This document shows, one piece after another, positions 11,364 through 24,324 of a stretch of 64,000 nt of DNA (positions within the stretch are counted from its first letter, which is position 1; the number at the start of each line of letters is the position of its first letter). Source of the DNA: Squalus acanthias (Eukaryota); NCBI GenBank assembly GCA_030390025.1, contig CM059438.1:70434001-70498000 (forward strand), read 5' to 3'. The notes under the pieces are model-generated. The model was not told the origin of the DNA. It worked only from the letters and a program-made list of their open reading frames with translations, and searched no databases. Made by a program: the position numbers and the translations under genes.

Positions 11364-12660
11364 AAGTGTTAACGTGAAGCCAAAACTGCGTTGCAGCCCG
11401 CATCTTCTCCTGCACAAATCTCACACCTCCATCATGCTCATCCTTGCCAAGTTCAACTGGCTTCCTGCGCCCCATTAAATGAATGAGAGGATGCATATCC
11501 TTGCATGGCTTCACCCCACCCTACCTCTGCACCTTCTACCAGCTCCACACCCCTGCACTGATCCACCACTCCTGCAACACCAGCTGACTTCCCATGTTCC
11601 ACTTCACCAGTGGCCATGCTCCCATCCTCTGTAACTCACTCCTAATATCCCCCCCACCCCCGCCTCACCTTACCACCTCTGTTCTTACTTTCAAACTCAC
11701 TTTTTTTGACTGTGCTTCCGCACTTTCCACCCATTCCGTCCCCACCCGTTCCCCACCCCCCAACCCCCAACCCGCCACCCAACTAATCTTTGTTTCCTCT
11801 TAAGGACTCTTAAGACTGTTCTCTATGTAAGGAGTGCTGCATAAAAGCAAATTGTTGTAACAACTAGCCCATAACTTGTACCTTTTTTCAATTTTTGCTC
11901 TGAATTTTCTAATAATAATCAAAAGAAATTGTCCGAAAATTTGCAATGGCAAGCACTATGAAATGGAAATATTAAAGAAGATGAAATATTTCTTCAGTGA
12001 CACTTTCCTTCAGAAAAAAACCTTTAAACATGTTTAACCACATTATTGCTTTGTTATTGATACAAAATTGCAACTGTAGTAAAACTGGTTTAAAGTTCCC
12101 AAGTAAAAAGTGTAAATCAGAGTGAGGTGCGTCTGGGAGCATGTGCTTCGAGTTAGAGTTTTCTTTTTCCACATGAATTAGTGGAAAGAACATTTTTCCA
12201 TTAAAAGAACGACTAATATTTTCATAAAAATCACAAGCTTTCAGGTTTGATTGACTAAATAATGTTTTTGAAAACCGCATAACCATGAAATAATATTTTG
12301 ACAGCTACTGGAGGTTTAAATACATCAAATCAAATCAAAGTGTACCAGTCACAGCCAGATCCTGAAAGAAAATCGCATGACCTCTGAAAGTGTAGGTTGA
12401 AGTGGTGATGGACAGATACAAATGCCATAGTGGTACCCATGTAGGGAAGCAATTACTCCCCTCCCCAGCCTGCTTCCCACCGCCCCCCCCCGCCCCCAAC
12501 CACACACATACACTCCCCTGCCACCCCTCAATATATTGCTCTCTTTGGGAGTAGCGTATAACATTTCCTGATAAAAGGAGGTTTGCATTTTATTATCTGC
12601 AGCTATTTTGGATTAGTATTTCTGCATGTCAACAACATTGTACTGAAATTGTTTGCTCGT

Positions 12661-12786
12661 AGAAAAAAGGAAAAGTAAGAAAGACTTGCATTTATATAGC
12701 GCCTTTCACGACCACCGGACATCCCAAAGCGCTTTACAGCCAATGAGATACTTTTTGAAGTGTAGTCACTGTTGTAATGTAGGAAC
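12661..12786 (-). mobile_element. 3' tail of a DeuSINE/L2-tailed SINE
   Basis: AAGAAAGACTTGCATTTATATAGCGCCTTT..CCCAAAGCGCTTTACAGCCAATGAG is the reverse complement of a tail like that of the SINE at 13465-13790. Confidence 0.65.
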
Positions 12787-13464
12787 ACTGTGAGCTAACA
12801 GGCGGTAATTCCACATGCTTCATACTATTGGTCATTAGAAATCTACAGAAAATTATGTCTGGATAGAATCTGTGTCCAAAGATGTGCACAGTTACAAAAC
12901 TCAAAGGATTTTGGCTGTGAAAGGGTCACAAATAATGGGTGTTGCATCAAAAGTTGTGATCTGTTGGAGAGAATTCCACTGGGGGCTTGCTGCTCATGTA
13001 TTGCACTAGTACTGAGTTAGAAGGGTCACTGGCATAGACCCACTTTATAGTCTTGGGAGGGCATAACGGTTACTTCCTCCATATGGGGAAGTAATGTTCT
13101 TTTGTTAGTGAGGCCTGAAAGGACACTATTAGCCTTGCCCTGTCTCTGTAGAAGTGATTGATAGCAGCCATAACAGCTCACTTTCAGCATAACAATTTGT
13201 GAAGTGTTGGATTAATACCAACAGCAAGTCAAAGTTGAGATAATTCTAAATTCAGGAAAAATCAAAATTAAACTTCTGCATGTTTGACATATATGTAAGT
13301 TGTGTTTTTCTATTCAGCTATCTACTATCTACTTTACTTTTCTATTATCAGTGCAATCTAATTCAGAGATGAAGCTATTGGCATTAAGGTTTCTTGCTTC
13401 TCAAGAAAAACATATATTTTAGTCATCTGGTTACATGATGTATTATTGATTCATTCCCCTTTGA

Positions 13465-13795
13465 GTTAGCTTGGCCCAGTTGGTAGCATTTGCTTCTCTT
13501 GAGTCATAAGGTTGTGGGTTCAAGTCTCACTATGGACTTTGAGCACATATTCTAGGCTGACACTTAAGTGAAATATTGAAGGAGTGCTCCATTGTTGGAA
13601 TTGCCATCTTGTGGATGAGACATTAACCAAGGCTCCATCTATCTGGTCTTTCATTATTTGTTGTATGTGGGACCCTGATATGCTCAAATTTTCCCACTTA
13701 ACAACTGTGCCTGCACTTGAAAAGTAATCCATTGGTTGTAAAGTGCTTTGGAAGATTCTGAGAATGTGATGAGGTGCAACAAAAATCAAGCTTTT
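13465..13795 (+). mobile_element. tRNA-derived SINE (DeuSINE/SacSINE1-like)
   Basis: A-box-like TGGCCCAGTTGG, B-box GGTTCAAGTC, central GATGAGACATTAACC motif, L2-like tail ATTGGTTGTAAAGTGCTTTGG. Confidence 0.7.
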
Positions 13796-13799
13796 TAAT

Positions 13800-15065
13800 T
13801 TAATAGCAAAATACTGCGGATGCTGGAAATCTGAAATAACAACAGAAAGTGCTGGAAACACTCAGCAGGTCAGGCAGCATCGAGGAGAGGAGAAACAGAG
13901 CCAACATTTTGGGTCGAACCCTTCAGCAGAACTGGAAAAGGTTAGGGAGGAGAGATGTTTAAGCTGGGGCAGGGAGGAGGGGAGGAAAGAACAAAGGGCA
14001 GGTCTGTGATGGGATGGAAGGCAGGAGAGATTGAATGACAAAAGGGATGAGAGTGTAAGGCAAAAGGTAATGGGACAAGTTAAGAAACAAAAGATGGCTC
14101 TAGATGATGTGTGGATGATGATGGCAGCAACATTAACAGCTGCCATGTGAGGAAACAAGAGAGAAAAAACATAAAGAAATACAGGGGCCAATTTATAGTC
14201 TGAAATTGTTGAACTCGATGTTAAGTCCAGAAGGTTGTAAAGTGCCTAATAGAAAGATGTTCCTCGAGCTTACGTTGAGCTTCATTGGAACAATCTACAA
14301 GGCACAAGTAAGGAGTGTGATGGAATACTCTCCACTTGCCTGGATGAGTGCAGCTCCAACAACACTCAAGAAGCTCGACACCATCCAGGACAAAGCAGCC
14401 TGTTTGATTAGCACCCCATCCACCACCTTAAACATTCGCTTCCTCCACCACCAGCGTACCATGGCTGCAGTGTGTACCATCTAGAAGATGCACTGCAGCA
14501 ACTCGCCAAGGCTTCTTCGGCAGCATCTCCCAAACCCGCAACCTCTTCCACCTAGAAGGACAAGAGCAGCAGGCACATGGGAACACCACCACCTCAAAGA
14601 TCCCCTCCAAATCACACACCATCCTGACTTAGAAGTATATCACCGATCCTTCATCGTCACTGGGTCAAACTCCTGAAACTCTCTACCTAACAGCACTGTG
14701 GGAGTACCTTCACTACACGGACTGCAGCGGTTCAAGAAGGTGACTCACCACCACCTTCTCAAGGGCAACTAGGGATGGGCAATAAATGCTGGCCTTGCCA
14801 GCGACGCCCAGATCCCATAAGCGAATAAAAAAAAAGTAAGAGGCCAAGGACGGAGAGATCAGAGTGGGAGTGGAGGCGGGAATTAAAATGACAGGTGACC
14901 GGAAGCTCGGGGTCACGCTTGCGGACTGAATGGAGGTGTTCCGCAAAGCGGTCACCCAATCTGCGTTTGGTCTCCCCAATGTCGAGGAGACCGCATCATG
15001 AGCAGCGAATACAGTATACTAAATTGTAAGAAGTACACGTAAATCGCTGTTTCACCTGGAAGGAA
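13800..15065 (-). mobile_element. Old Penelope-like element 3' part (GIY-YIG endonuclease + 3'UTR), interrupted by a LINE
   Basis: Minus strand reads FQVKQRFTCTSYNLVYCIRCS*CGLLDIGETKRRLGDRFAEHL..CHFNS..HSHSDLSVLGL. After the insertion it resumes SNEAQRKLEEH..LGTLQPSGLNIEFNNFRL*. Confidence 0.85.
14291..14836 (+). mobile_element. 3' fragment of a non-LTR LINE (CR1/L2/Jockey-group-like, clade unresolved), nested in the Penelope element
   Basis: IYKAQVRSVMEYSPLAWMSAAPTTLKKLDTIQDKAA, a 3' stem-loop GGGATGGGC..GCTGGCCTTGCCAGC..GCCCAGATCCC and an A-rich tail. Same family as 26835-27484 and 33781-34433. Confidence 0.85.
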
Positions 15066-16004
15066 GCTTTTTAATTTGTTCCTTCATTCCCATTTACAAA
15101 TCTCTCCATTGTCTTGCTTTAACTTAGCTCAGTGATTTTTTTCCCCATCTGTATGAGCCAGTCTGTCTCCGGTCATCCAACTCCACATTACTCCCCGTAC
15201 CTCACTACCTCCACTCCACCAACAGAGGTCAATTTTTCAAGCACCATTACCAGAGCACTGACAAAAGTGGATGGTACAGAGGAGTTTTCAACCCCACATT
15301 AGGGGTGCAGTGACCATTGCAGGTATTTCTTAGTGTAGCAGGAACTGGAGCAAAGTGGCCTGGGAGCACTGAGAGGGCATAGGAAGCGCCTGGCTAGCAT
15401 AACAAGCTAGTTTTGAGGGCCTGACTTACTATAGGAGACACCTAGTCCTGATTTCAACATAGTGAGAATTCAGAGAAGAACATGTAGGATAGTGTATTTG
15501 GATGAGCAAGAGAGGTAAATTCAGATGAGCAATAATCACAGTAGTATTGATAAAATAGAGATTGAGACTGAAAAGTATGCAGTGAGGAAGTATGATGTCT
15601 TGAAAAGACAGAATTGAATTCTGGCATAATTTATTTAACAATGTGGAATAACCAATTATGGCTTTGATTGCTTAGCCAGATAGAGTGACTGACATGAAAT
15701 AACAGCAAAAGGTATCATAGGAACATAGGAACTTGAGTAGGCCATTCAACACGTAAGGCTGTTCTGCCACTCAATCAGATCAACTCCATTTATCCGCCTT
15801 TGATCCATGTCCCTTGATACCCTTAAGTAACAAAAATCTATTGATCTCAGTCTTGAAACTTTCAATTGACGTAGCATCCACAGCCTTTGGGGAGAGAGTT
15901 CCACATTTCCACTACCCTTTGGTTAAACAGTACTTTCTGATTTCATTGCTAAACTGCCTGGCTCTAATTTTAAGATTGTGCTTTATTTAAAATTTAAGAA
16001 ATGT

Positions 16005-16735
16005 TCATGTACAAAGGGACCTGGGTGTCCTTGTACACCAGTCACTGAAAGCAAACATGCAGGTGCAGCAAGCAGTTAGGAAGGCAAATGGTATGTTGGC
16101 CTTCATTGCAAGAGGATTTGAGTACAGGAGCAAGGATGTCTTACTACAGTTATACAGGGCCTTGGTGAGACCACACCTGGAGTACTGTGTGCAGTTTTGG
16201 TCTCCTTACCTAAGAAAGGATATACTTGCCTAGAGGGAGTGCAGCGAAGGTTCACCAGACTGATTCCTGGGATGGCAGGACTGTCGTATGAGGAGAGATT
16301 GAGTTGACTAGGCCTGTATTCACTAGAGTTTAGAAGAATGAGAGGGGATCTCATTGAAATGTATAAAATTCTGACAGGGCTAGACAGACTGGATGCAGGG
16401 AGGATGTTTCCCCTGGCTGGGGGCTCTAGAACGAGGGGTCACAGTCTCAGGATACGGGGTAGGACATTTAGAACTGAGATGAGGAGAAATTTCTTCACTC
16501 AGAGGGTGGTGAACCTGTGGAATTCTCTACCACAGAAGGCTGTGGAAGCCAAGTCACTGAATATATTTAAGAAGGAGATAGATAGATTTCTCGACACAAA
16601 AGGCATCAAGGGGTATGGGGAGAGAGCGGGAATATGGTATTGAGATAGAGGATCAGCCATGATCATATTGAATGGCAGAGCAGGCTCGAAGGGCCGAATG
16701 GCCTACTCCTGCTCCTATTTTTCTATGTTTCTATG
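16005..16735 (+). mobile_element. 5'-truncated CR1 (HER1-like) LINE 3' end
   Basis: [21 protein letters not shown], then after a frameshift RGDLIEMYKILTG..RRNFFTQRVVNLWNSLP..GERAGIWY* (16643). 3'UTR GGCCGAATGGCCTACTCCTGCTCC and a (TTTCTATG)2 tail. Confidence 0.92.
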
Positions 16736-17122
16736 CCCCTTTGTTCTGGAGGAAATAGTTTCTCTGTAACTACCCTATTGAATCCCTTTGTCATTTTAAG
16801 CACCTCCACACCTCAAGATCACACCTCAACCTTCTAAACTCAAGAGAATATAAAGCAAGTTTATATAGCTTGTCCTCATAATTTAACCCTTCAAGCTCTG
16901 GTATCATTCTAGTGAATTGGTGCTGCACAGATATACAGGTGCAGGTAGAAGGCCAATATATCCTTTCTGAGCTGTGGTGCCCAAAACTGAACGCAGTACT
17001 CCAGTTGGGGTTTGACCAAGACTCTGTACAACTAAAGCTTTACTTCCTCCCCTTTGCATTCCAGCCACATTGATATAAAGGACAATATTCTATTAGCCTT
17101 TTTGATTACTTTTTATACATGT

Positions 17123-17350
17123 TGACATAATAAAGACTCACTACGCACTTGGTTGAACATAAAGCAAGGCTTTAATCAACTTGTAACAAAACATGGAGGT
17201 CTAGTTAGCAGTCACTAGCTTCCTGTTTCCAGATTGTCTCTGCCCAAGGTGGGCCCACGCCCGAGTATTTATACTCCCTGGACGGCGCCCCAGCTGGCCG
17301 CCCAGTAGTACTTCCTGAGTTACTTCTTGTAGAAGTTGCAATTTATGACA
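17123..17350 (-). mobile_element. Solo LTR (228 bp) with 5-bp TSD CATGT
   Basis: TG..CA ends with short inverted termini (TGACATAA / TTATGACA). CATGT at 17118-17122 and 17351-17355. TATAAA and ATTAAA on the minus strand. Homologous to 54065-54293. Confidence 0.8.
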
Positions 17351-19264
17351 CATGTGTACTAGATTTTAGTGATGTGTACATGGACATCCTCCACAGTTAC
17401 TAATCTCTCACCATTTAGAAAATATTCACTCTTAGATCCAAAGTGGATGATCTCACACTTTCCAACATTGAACTCCGTCTGCCAAAGTTTTGCCCACTCC
17501 CTTAATCTGTCACTGTCCCCATGACATCACTGGGAGAGTTCAGGATTCACTATAAACTATTAGAAGGTCAACTTCACACATTTGAATGATCAATCACCTT
17601 CCCTCTTCCTATTTTCCCTCTAACAAATTATTTGAAAGGGAAGAAAACATACTGATCAAAGCACGTCCAAGGTTGAGCAGTTAATCTGTATTTCTAGTTT
17701 TGATCCATTGCTCTTGGTGGTGAGACGACAGGCCATTCAGTTCATATCACAGAGATACCTACTCCTGTCATGCTTCTCTGCCATTCTAAACCTGGTGAAA
17801 AGATTACTTCATTTCTCATTTGCTGTTCAAAACAAGGTCTCTAGGTAGGTGAGCCCATGTTCTGCTGCATTATTGACCTCAATATTCAAGACAACTAAAC
17901 AGTCACTAAACTATGGATTCTCAACTACATCCATCTCCATGCACAGCTAAAAGTAAAGGATTTATGCAATAGCTTTGCCCATTGGTCTCTGTCTATTGAT
18001 GAGCACCACCAATATTTCAGCAACTGAAGCTGAATTGATCACGGGTTCATGAATAGACATTGTTCCAAATGTATTGCTGAATCATTGTGTAAAGTAAGTT
18101 CAACTTTACGTCCTACCTTATACGTGGTGCCCATTTATATTTGGACTGCATGTACGGAACTGCCAACCAAATTTGATCCATCAGTTTTATGTAAATGATG
18201 ATGTTGCTTTATCCTGACCCCAGCATACTCCACACTCCCTTCACTTTTGGTGATTCAAAAATGGCTATAAGTCCCATATCCGTAATGGAAAAGTTAGCAG
18301 AGAAATGTTACCTCGCTTGAACTTCACCACAGCTGTGAAGCTGATGACTCTTCTTGGGCAGAAGTAAGACTCAACACGCAACGAGTGCACCCTGTGATTA
18401 GAAAATAATTTCTCCTCAAGAGCTTAGACCTGAGCTTGTTGAGACCTCCTGTCCCCAGGTGGGTTGTTTGCTTTTCTACATTGCACATGAAAAAAAAGTT
18501 ACCTCAGCTTTTAAACAAACTTCCTTTGCAGCAGCATCTCATCAGACATGGGTTTCTACAAACCAAAGCATGGATGCATTGTCTGAGTGTCCTGTTGATA
18601 TGTCTATAAAACACTAAAGTGACACCTCAGCAACTTCTTAACTTGATGAGTGATTTCCTTTCGTTGGCTTCTGGTCCATGTTTATTAAAATTGGCATGCT
18701 GAGAACCCTCAACTCAACTAATCCTTTGTCTGTAAGAAGCCTGTCCTCAGACAGCAATTTGTCACCTCAGTAAGTTAGAAACATTTTGGCAGATTTACGC
18801 CAAAGGTGGCAAATGAACTTCTCTCACCAGGCCCCTGATATTTTTTCAGAAACTACGTTTACAGGAAGCTGCACTCGTGTCTCCACGAACCTCCATAAAT
18901 ACAGAATTTTCACAATTCAGTAACTTAAAAATGATTTATGGTATTTTCACTGAACCTGACAACCAATTTCCTTTCTTCTGACTCTTGGTTTCTTTTGAAT
19001 AATGGTTGGACTGGAAACCATATGTGAGGCCAAAAACACAAAAAAAATGTCACCTGGGAGCTGGAGAGGTTTCATCAGATACTGTGTTTAAGCTTCACCA
19101 AGCAGCAGTCACTTAACAGCAATAAAAAAAAAGCAATAAAGTGATGAGATTCCCTGACCCAAGTTTTATATCAGTACCTCCATCAGTACTTAAAGTAGGC
19201 CAGAGCTAGCCAGACCTCAGACACCGACTGGACTTGTTTGGAGCGCAGGTCAGAAATTAATCAT

Positions 19265-19289
19265 CCCCCCCCCCCCCCCCCCCCCCCCC
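19265..19289. repeat. poly-C homopolymer
   Basis: Run of ~25 C. Confidence 0.95.
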
Positions 19290-20164
19290 GCCCCTCCCTT
19301 TAAAAAAAAGAATCAGCATTGTTTTCAGCTTTTTAAGAGGATCTAGATTGAGTACTGGTGCTGGAATGTACCCAAACAGAACCTACTGAGAAACAGACGC
19401 AGTTGGGTTAGAACAAACATAAGCCCATGGGAGAACTGTCCTGTGTGTTGGTCACAGAGACCCAAGGAGCACTGTGCACTGGTCATGGAGACCTGGGGTG
19501 CTTCCAAATCCATTCTATGTGCTAATCATGACTGAAATTGTTTAATCAGTCAGTTAGTTTGGAACTGAAAGGTTAACTTAATAAAAATCTAAGAATGGAA
19601 GGAAAGGAATCTTTAAAAGGGTACTGTGTTCATGAAAGACCGTTTAGTAAGCCTTTTCCCAGTTGCTTACACAAGTCACATTGAAACACTGCATTACATT
19701 CTGATAACATTTTCATGTAACATTCCTCCTCCCAATATTGTCATTTTTCCATGACGGGCTTGCACATTTAACAACCTTTTCCACCGACTTTTTTTTTGTT
19801 CTCATCTGTGTTTAGCTATCATTTCATCTATCTATTTAAATGATCTTTCACCAAAACCTTTCCTATCAAGCCTTTCTGGACCTTTCTTCACTTTCCCTAG
19901 TTTTGTGATCAGTTTAGAAATCTTGCCATGTCAGTCAGGTTGAATCCCTTTCCATTCAATCCAGTGCCAGGAAGCTGATGTCACAGCACGACAACAGTGC
20001 TGGGCCTACACGACATAGGAGGGAGGTCACTTAAAATCACAAGCCTGGATGCTCAATAACCAGGACTGGTACATTTTGGTGTTTTCACTAACTCTTACTT
20101 GTTGCTATCATAAGTTACTTAGAAAAGATCTTGCATTCATTGAAAAGGCATGTTATTTAATTGT

Positions 20165-20375
20165 CCCGTCTATGCTGAAAGACCTGATCTCACCACAGCG
20201 GTGGTAGGAGTGCTATAATTGGCTTCACACATGTGTGTGAATGAAGGGAAAGTCAGCCACAGTTCATGTTCCAGACTCCTGCTGGAAAATATGCATGTGT
20301 AACTGTCAGGTGAGGACAAGATCGGGATGGCTATGATGTCCATATAACGTTGGAATAGCCTGGCAATGCCAACTT
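20165..20375 (+). mobile_element. Degenerate fragment of the SINE family also at 21440 and 27955
   Basis: Shares GTGCTATAATTGGC, GTGAGGACAAGATCGGG and GAATAGCCTG motifs with the other copies. Confidence 0.5.
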
Positions 20376-21439
20376 TTTACAGGGTCACACATGATGGATA
20401 AGAACTGGAACGAGTTCCCAGAGCAAGTGGAACAGTGACCCAGCAAGAGTCAGCCCCTTGAGGAGAGGAGGGTGAATTTAGGAAAAAAATGCACATCAGA
20501 GGGTTAATTCCAAGATGCTGTGCCTCCAGCAGGGAGCCATGATCACAAGGAATATGGATCAGAGATAGGATTAAAACACAGTGATCCCTAATCTCACACT
20601 TCCCCGCGAGTGTGACTCCCCACTGGGACTGCGGGAATCCTGGAATCATGGAATATCCCTTACATTCAAAAATATAAGCAATTTTAGTTGTCAGCAAGAC
20701 CACCACAACGAATTATGTGCCGCAGGGGCTTATAAAATACCTTAAAAGAAATTACCCCAAACTTTTTTTATGGCTATTGTATAGATTTATAATTAGCAAT
20801 TCCAGAATGATCAGATATAGCACAAACTTTCTTCAAATTATCCTCACCATCTTCATAACTACCATTTCTACTCCGGATGGATTTTAAATCCTCACAGAAT
20901 AAATATGTTTCAACAGATTTTGCTCTGAAGGGATCTGTGCTGCCCTCTGATATGTAATTTGATATCTTTAACAGTGGAATGCATCTTTCATTTTTTTTGT
21001 TACTTTATTTTGCAAAACTGTTGGCTGCGGGGGTGATCTAGTATTTCACTTTTAATTGCATCAATGTTCTGTCTTCGCCAGTGCTTAAGTTTAAGGGTTT
21101 AAACAAAAGAATTGTTTTTTTTTACAGGGCTTTCCCGACACTTGTATGTGCGATGTAATGAAAGGTAATTAGTATAGGCTGAACACTCTGTACCACAGCT
21201 GCAGAATTGCTTAGACTAAGAGCATTCATGAGTGGTCTCCTGCGGAAAGCGTTGACCAAAAGATCTGTTGTTTGTATTTAAAAGGGAAGAATGAAGAGGC
21301 CACGTGGCTTTAAAGGAGAATACTTATGAAATACCAGTTAAAATTAACTTGTCATTTTTCTTATTTTTCCATCTCTCTGATTGTAAGATTATGTTTACCG
21401 GGTACCAAAACTAAATTATAATGCTGAAAATTTTAAGGA

Positions 21440-21800
21440 GGCCTCCATTGATTCAGTGAGTTTATCCAGTTAGTAGCTGAGCCGTAAAGACGACGAAGGA
21501 ACTAGGTTTGATCCCTGATCTGTGCTGAATTAACGCATGTCAGTCGGGATACTTCAGTTATCTTCAATGCCTCTGGGGTAGGGAGTGATAACTTAGCCAG
21601 GGTTCAACAACCTTTGTTGAAAACCTGCGTGTGTAAGTGTCAAGTGAGGACATTGTGGGCTCAGCTGGGCTGCCCCCCCCCATGTCGAGCAGCCTGCCAA
21701 CACTCACTATTAAGGCTCAGTTGTGAATAATAGCTTCTTGGGCAAGGTACTGCAGGGTGACCCATATCCATGAAATCGTACAAGGAGTCAACCCCGTTCA
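21440..21800 (+). mobile_element. tRNA-derived SINE (family unnamed here)
   Basis: B-box-like GGTTTGATCCC. Body similar to 27955-28320 (CTAGGTTTGATCCCTGATCT, GCGTGTGT, GGCTCA..GAAT..CTTGGG..AGGTACT). Confidence 0.65.
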
Positions 21801-22109
21801 GGAAAGGAAGGGAGGGAAAAAAAGTGGCAAGAAAAAAAAATTAGGAACTGACTGTGCTTTGTTTCTCTCAGCAACTCTACTTTCAAACTTCATTCTCAGC
21901 CTTGCTGCGATATTTGAGTGGGTGAAGTAAAATTCAGTGCAGAGAGGGTTAAATTCCAATTGTGATTCTAGTCTAATAAGTGATACAACATTACGCGATG
22001 TAACTGTCAATTATGTCATCACCAAAGCGGAATTGTTTTCTCTCCTCGGAAGAAATTGAGAGATTTTATGAAACAAAATAAGGATGTTTAAATGTTAATG
22101 GGTTAATTT

Positions 22110-22125
22110 GGGGGGGGGGGGGGGC
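22110..22125. repeat. poly-G homopolymer
   Basis: Run of ~16 G. Confidence 0.9.
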
Positions 22126-24324
22126 AGCGGAGAGGAATTAAAAAGCTTGACATTGCCCCGGATCACTGTGCATTTCTGAGCTACTTAGACACTGAGGCTC
22201 GTTCATGCTGTCCCAACCCTGTGACAAATCAAACGGATTTGAGACAGCCACAGACTCATGGCTTTTATCTCTGTAATTTAGTTTGGATGAAATAAAAACA
22301 GTAAAGTTGTTCATCTTGCATGGAAACAAAAATATATGTAAAGCGTGTTTATCGCTCTCCCTGGTTTTAAGAAAAGAAACAGAAGTCGAGCTGCATCAGC
22401 AGGCGAGCGAGCACAGCCGATCTCTGCTATTGTGACTTTCAGTTTCCCAGGCCAGATAGCGTGATAGCAAGTACAACGTGGGCGCAACACAGCTTCATTT
22501 CAGTATGATCTAGGTTTCCCTGGAGGAAAATGTTTCACAAATTAAACAAGTTGCAATATATTCATTGAAAATTATGGTTACGCAGTGACTGAGTTTGTGA
22601 AGTTTGGGTTGTGTTGCTCCTAAAACCAGCAGCGGAAGAGTATGGCAGGAAAATCAGTATGTTTACATCCAGTGGAAACAGAAACATAGTTCTGATGTTG
22701 ACATGTTCTTACCACGTAAAAAAAAACAGGTAAATACATCATGTTGACTCTCACCAGTAAGATTTTACAGTGCTCAGTCGAAATGCAATATATTTTTACT
22801 AGCAATATTTGCACTTTGTGTAAAAACTTTCTGTAAAGCCCTAGATTTGAATGCTCCTCCCATATCTGGGGAGGCTCTTCCAGCATTTGATTCACATGAT
22901 AGGATACGAGGAAAAGCTTGTCGTCTGATACATCATCCTTCTCTAAACTCTCTCCATTGCAGATTTTTTAATGACTCTCTATTTTAATGAAGCTACCATG
23001 ATCATTGATCCTCTGACCTTTTCTCCCTTGTTCTTTTCACCGTCCAATGTGGTTTCCTGCATGCTTTTCTTCCATCCCTATATCCTACTCTAACTTGTTC
23101 TTTAAAAGGATCTCAAAACTGTGGAACACTTTCTTCCATTCTTTTTTGTCTTCTCCCCCCTCAGTTTTGCGCAATGCAGATAATATTGAAATCGAACCTT
23201 ATGTTAAGCACTCCACTGGGCACAATGGTCCTGATGCTACTGGGACAGGCAGGAATGTTGCTTATAGAGGGCAGGAGAGTATGGTTGGATATTGGTGGTG
23301 CGAGGATGCTGCATAACCTTTGGGAATCAGGGAGTTGATATGTTGAACCTTTCTTCAGGACATCTGAAGGGTTGGGTGAAGTCTATAAGAGGTCATATTG
23401 TATATAATCCGTGTGGAAGTTGTAGACTTGATAGGCTGAATGTCTTTTCTTGTTCCATGTTCTAACGTGAGCTGTGTCAGCTCAGGCACTTCTCCATTAT
23501 GACACCACTCCCACACACATCCTAGCATCTGGCTAGAGACAGTGGTCAGAAGATTTAACCCTTTTAGCAGGACAAGGTGGGTGGTCAGAGAGAACAGAGA
23601 AAATAACTTTAAAGGGAAGTGACAGCAATGATAATTACGTATTAAACTCACGGTATCTCGGCGCGGTTAAAAGTTGCACGATATCCATCTTGCTAGGTAC
23701 ATCAAATGCATTCCTTTTTTAAATGAATTACAGACCTTTAGTCACAATCCTTCACAAAGCCTGGTAAGTAGACAGTGTCATGCAGTATTCATGTAATTTT
23801 TTTTCAAACCAAAGTCAGAAAGACATCTTCCTTTAATAATCTTCCTTCCCATATTAAAAACCACAGGAAAAAAATCATTACCAGCAAAGGAAAATATATA
23901 TATTCATTTGCTCAAAACTACAAGGGTATGAAATCAATCTTTTATTTGATGGGGCTGCTCTAGTTCTGCAGACAGTGACCTTGGATTAATGTCAGGGGAC
24001 TCTGTGTCTGCTGTCATGGATCTGATATTAATACGCAGTCCCTGTCTGCAGAAATAAGACTGCAGCCTGTTCAATGACATGAAATTGCCACAACTGTTGA
24101 TGAAGAACAGTTGCTGGCTTATTTTTTTCTTTATTAGCACCATTCCAGATGAGGAATGAACACATTGTGGTGTTAGAAACTGAGCGATAATGAAATAGAC
24201 ATTGCTGGCATATTGGGAATTTTAACATGCCAGTGTTTGTGTTGGCACAAGGTATGAGCACATCCCTTAATATATCTGTGCGTTTTTGAAGGGTCAGCAT
24301 TACCATTGGACTCTGTAACAATGA

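Larger units (their letters stand above)
15715..17520 (-). mobile_element. Old degenerate CR1 fragment hosting a younger CR1 and a solo LTR
   Basis: Tail cataggaacatagga plus GAGTAGGCCATTC 3'UTR motif. Downstream sequence resembles 2400-3180 (e.g. CCAAAACTGAACGCAGTACTCCAG, TTTTGCCCACTC). Confidence 0.7.

Noticed and set aside
13465..13540. tRNA-like A/B boxes here and at ~21450, ~27960 and ~60400
   Set aside because: No cloverleaf. They are heads of SINEs rather than tRNA genes.
17560..19050. Coding-like composition with a minus-strand ECGVCW motif, possibly a decayed transposase
   Set aside because: No sustained frame or recognisable motif set. It needs a profile search.
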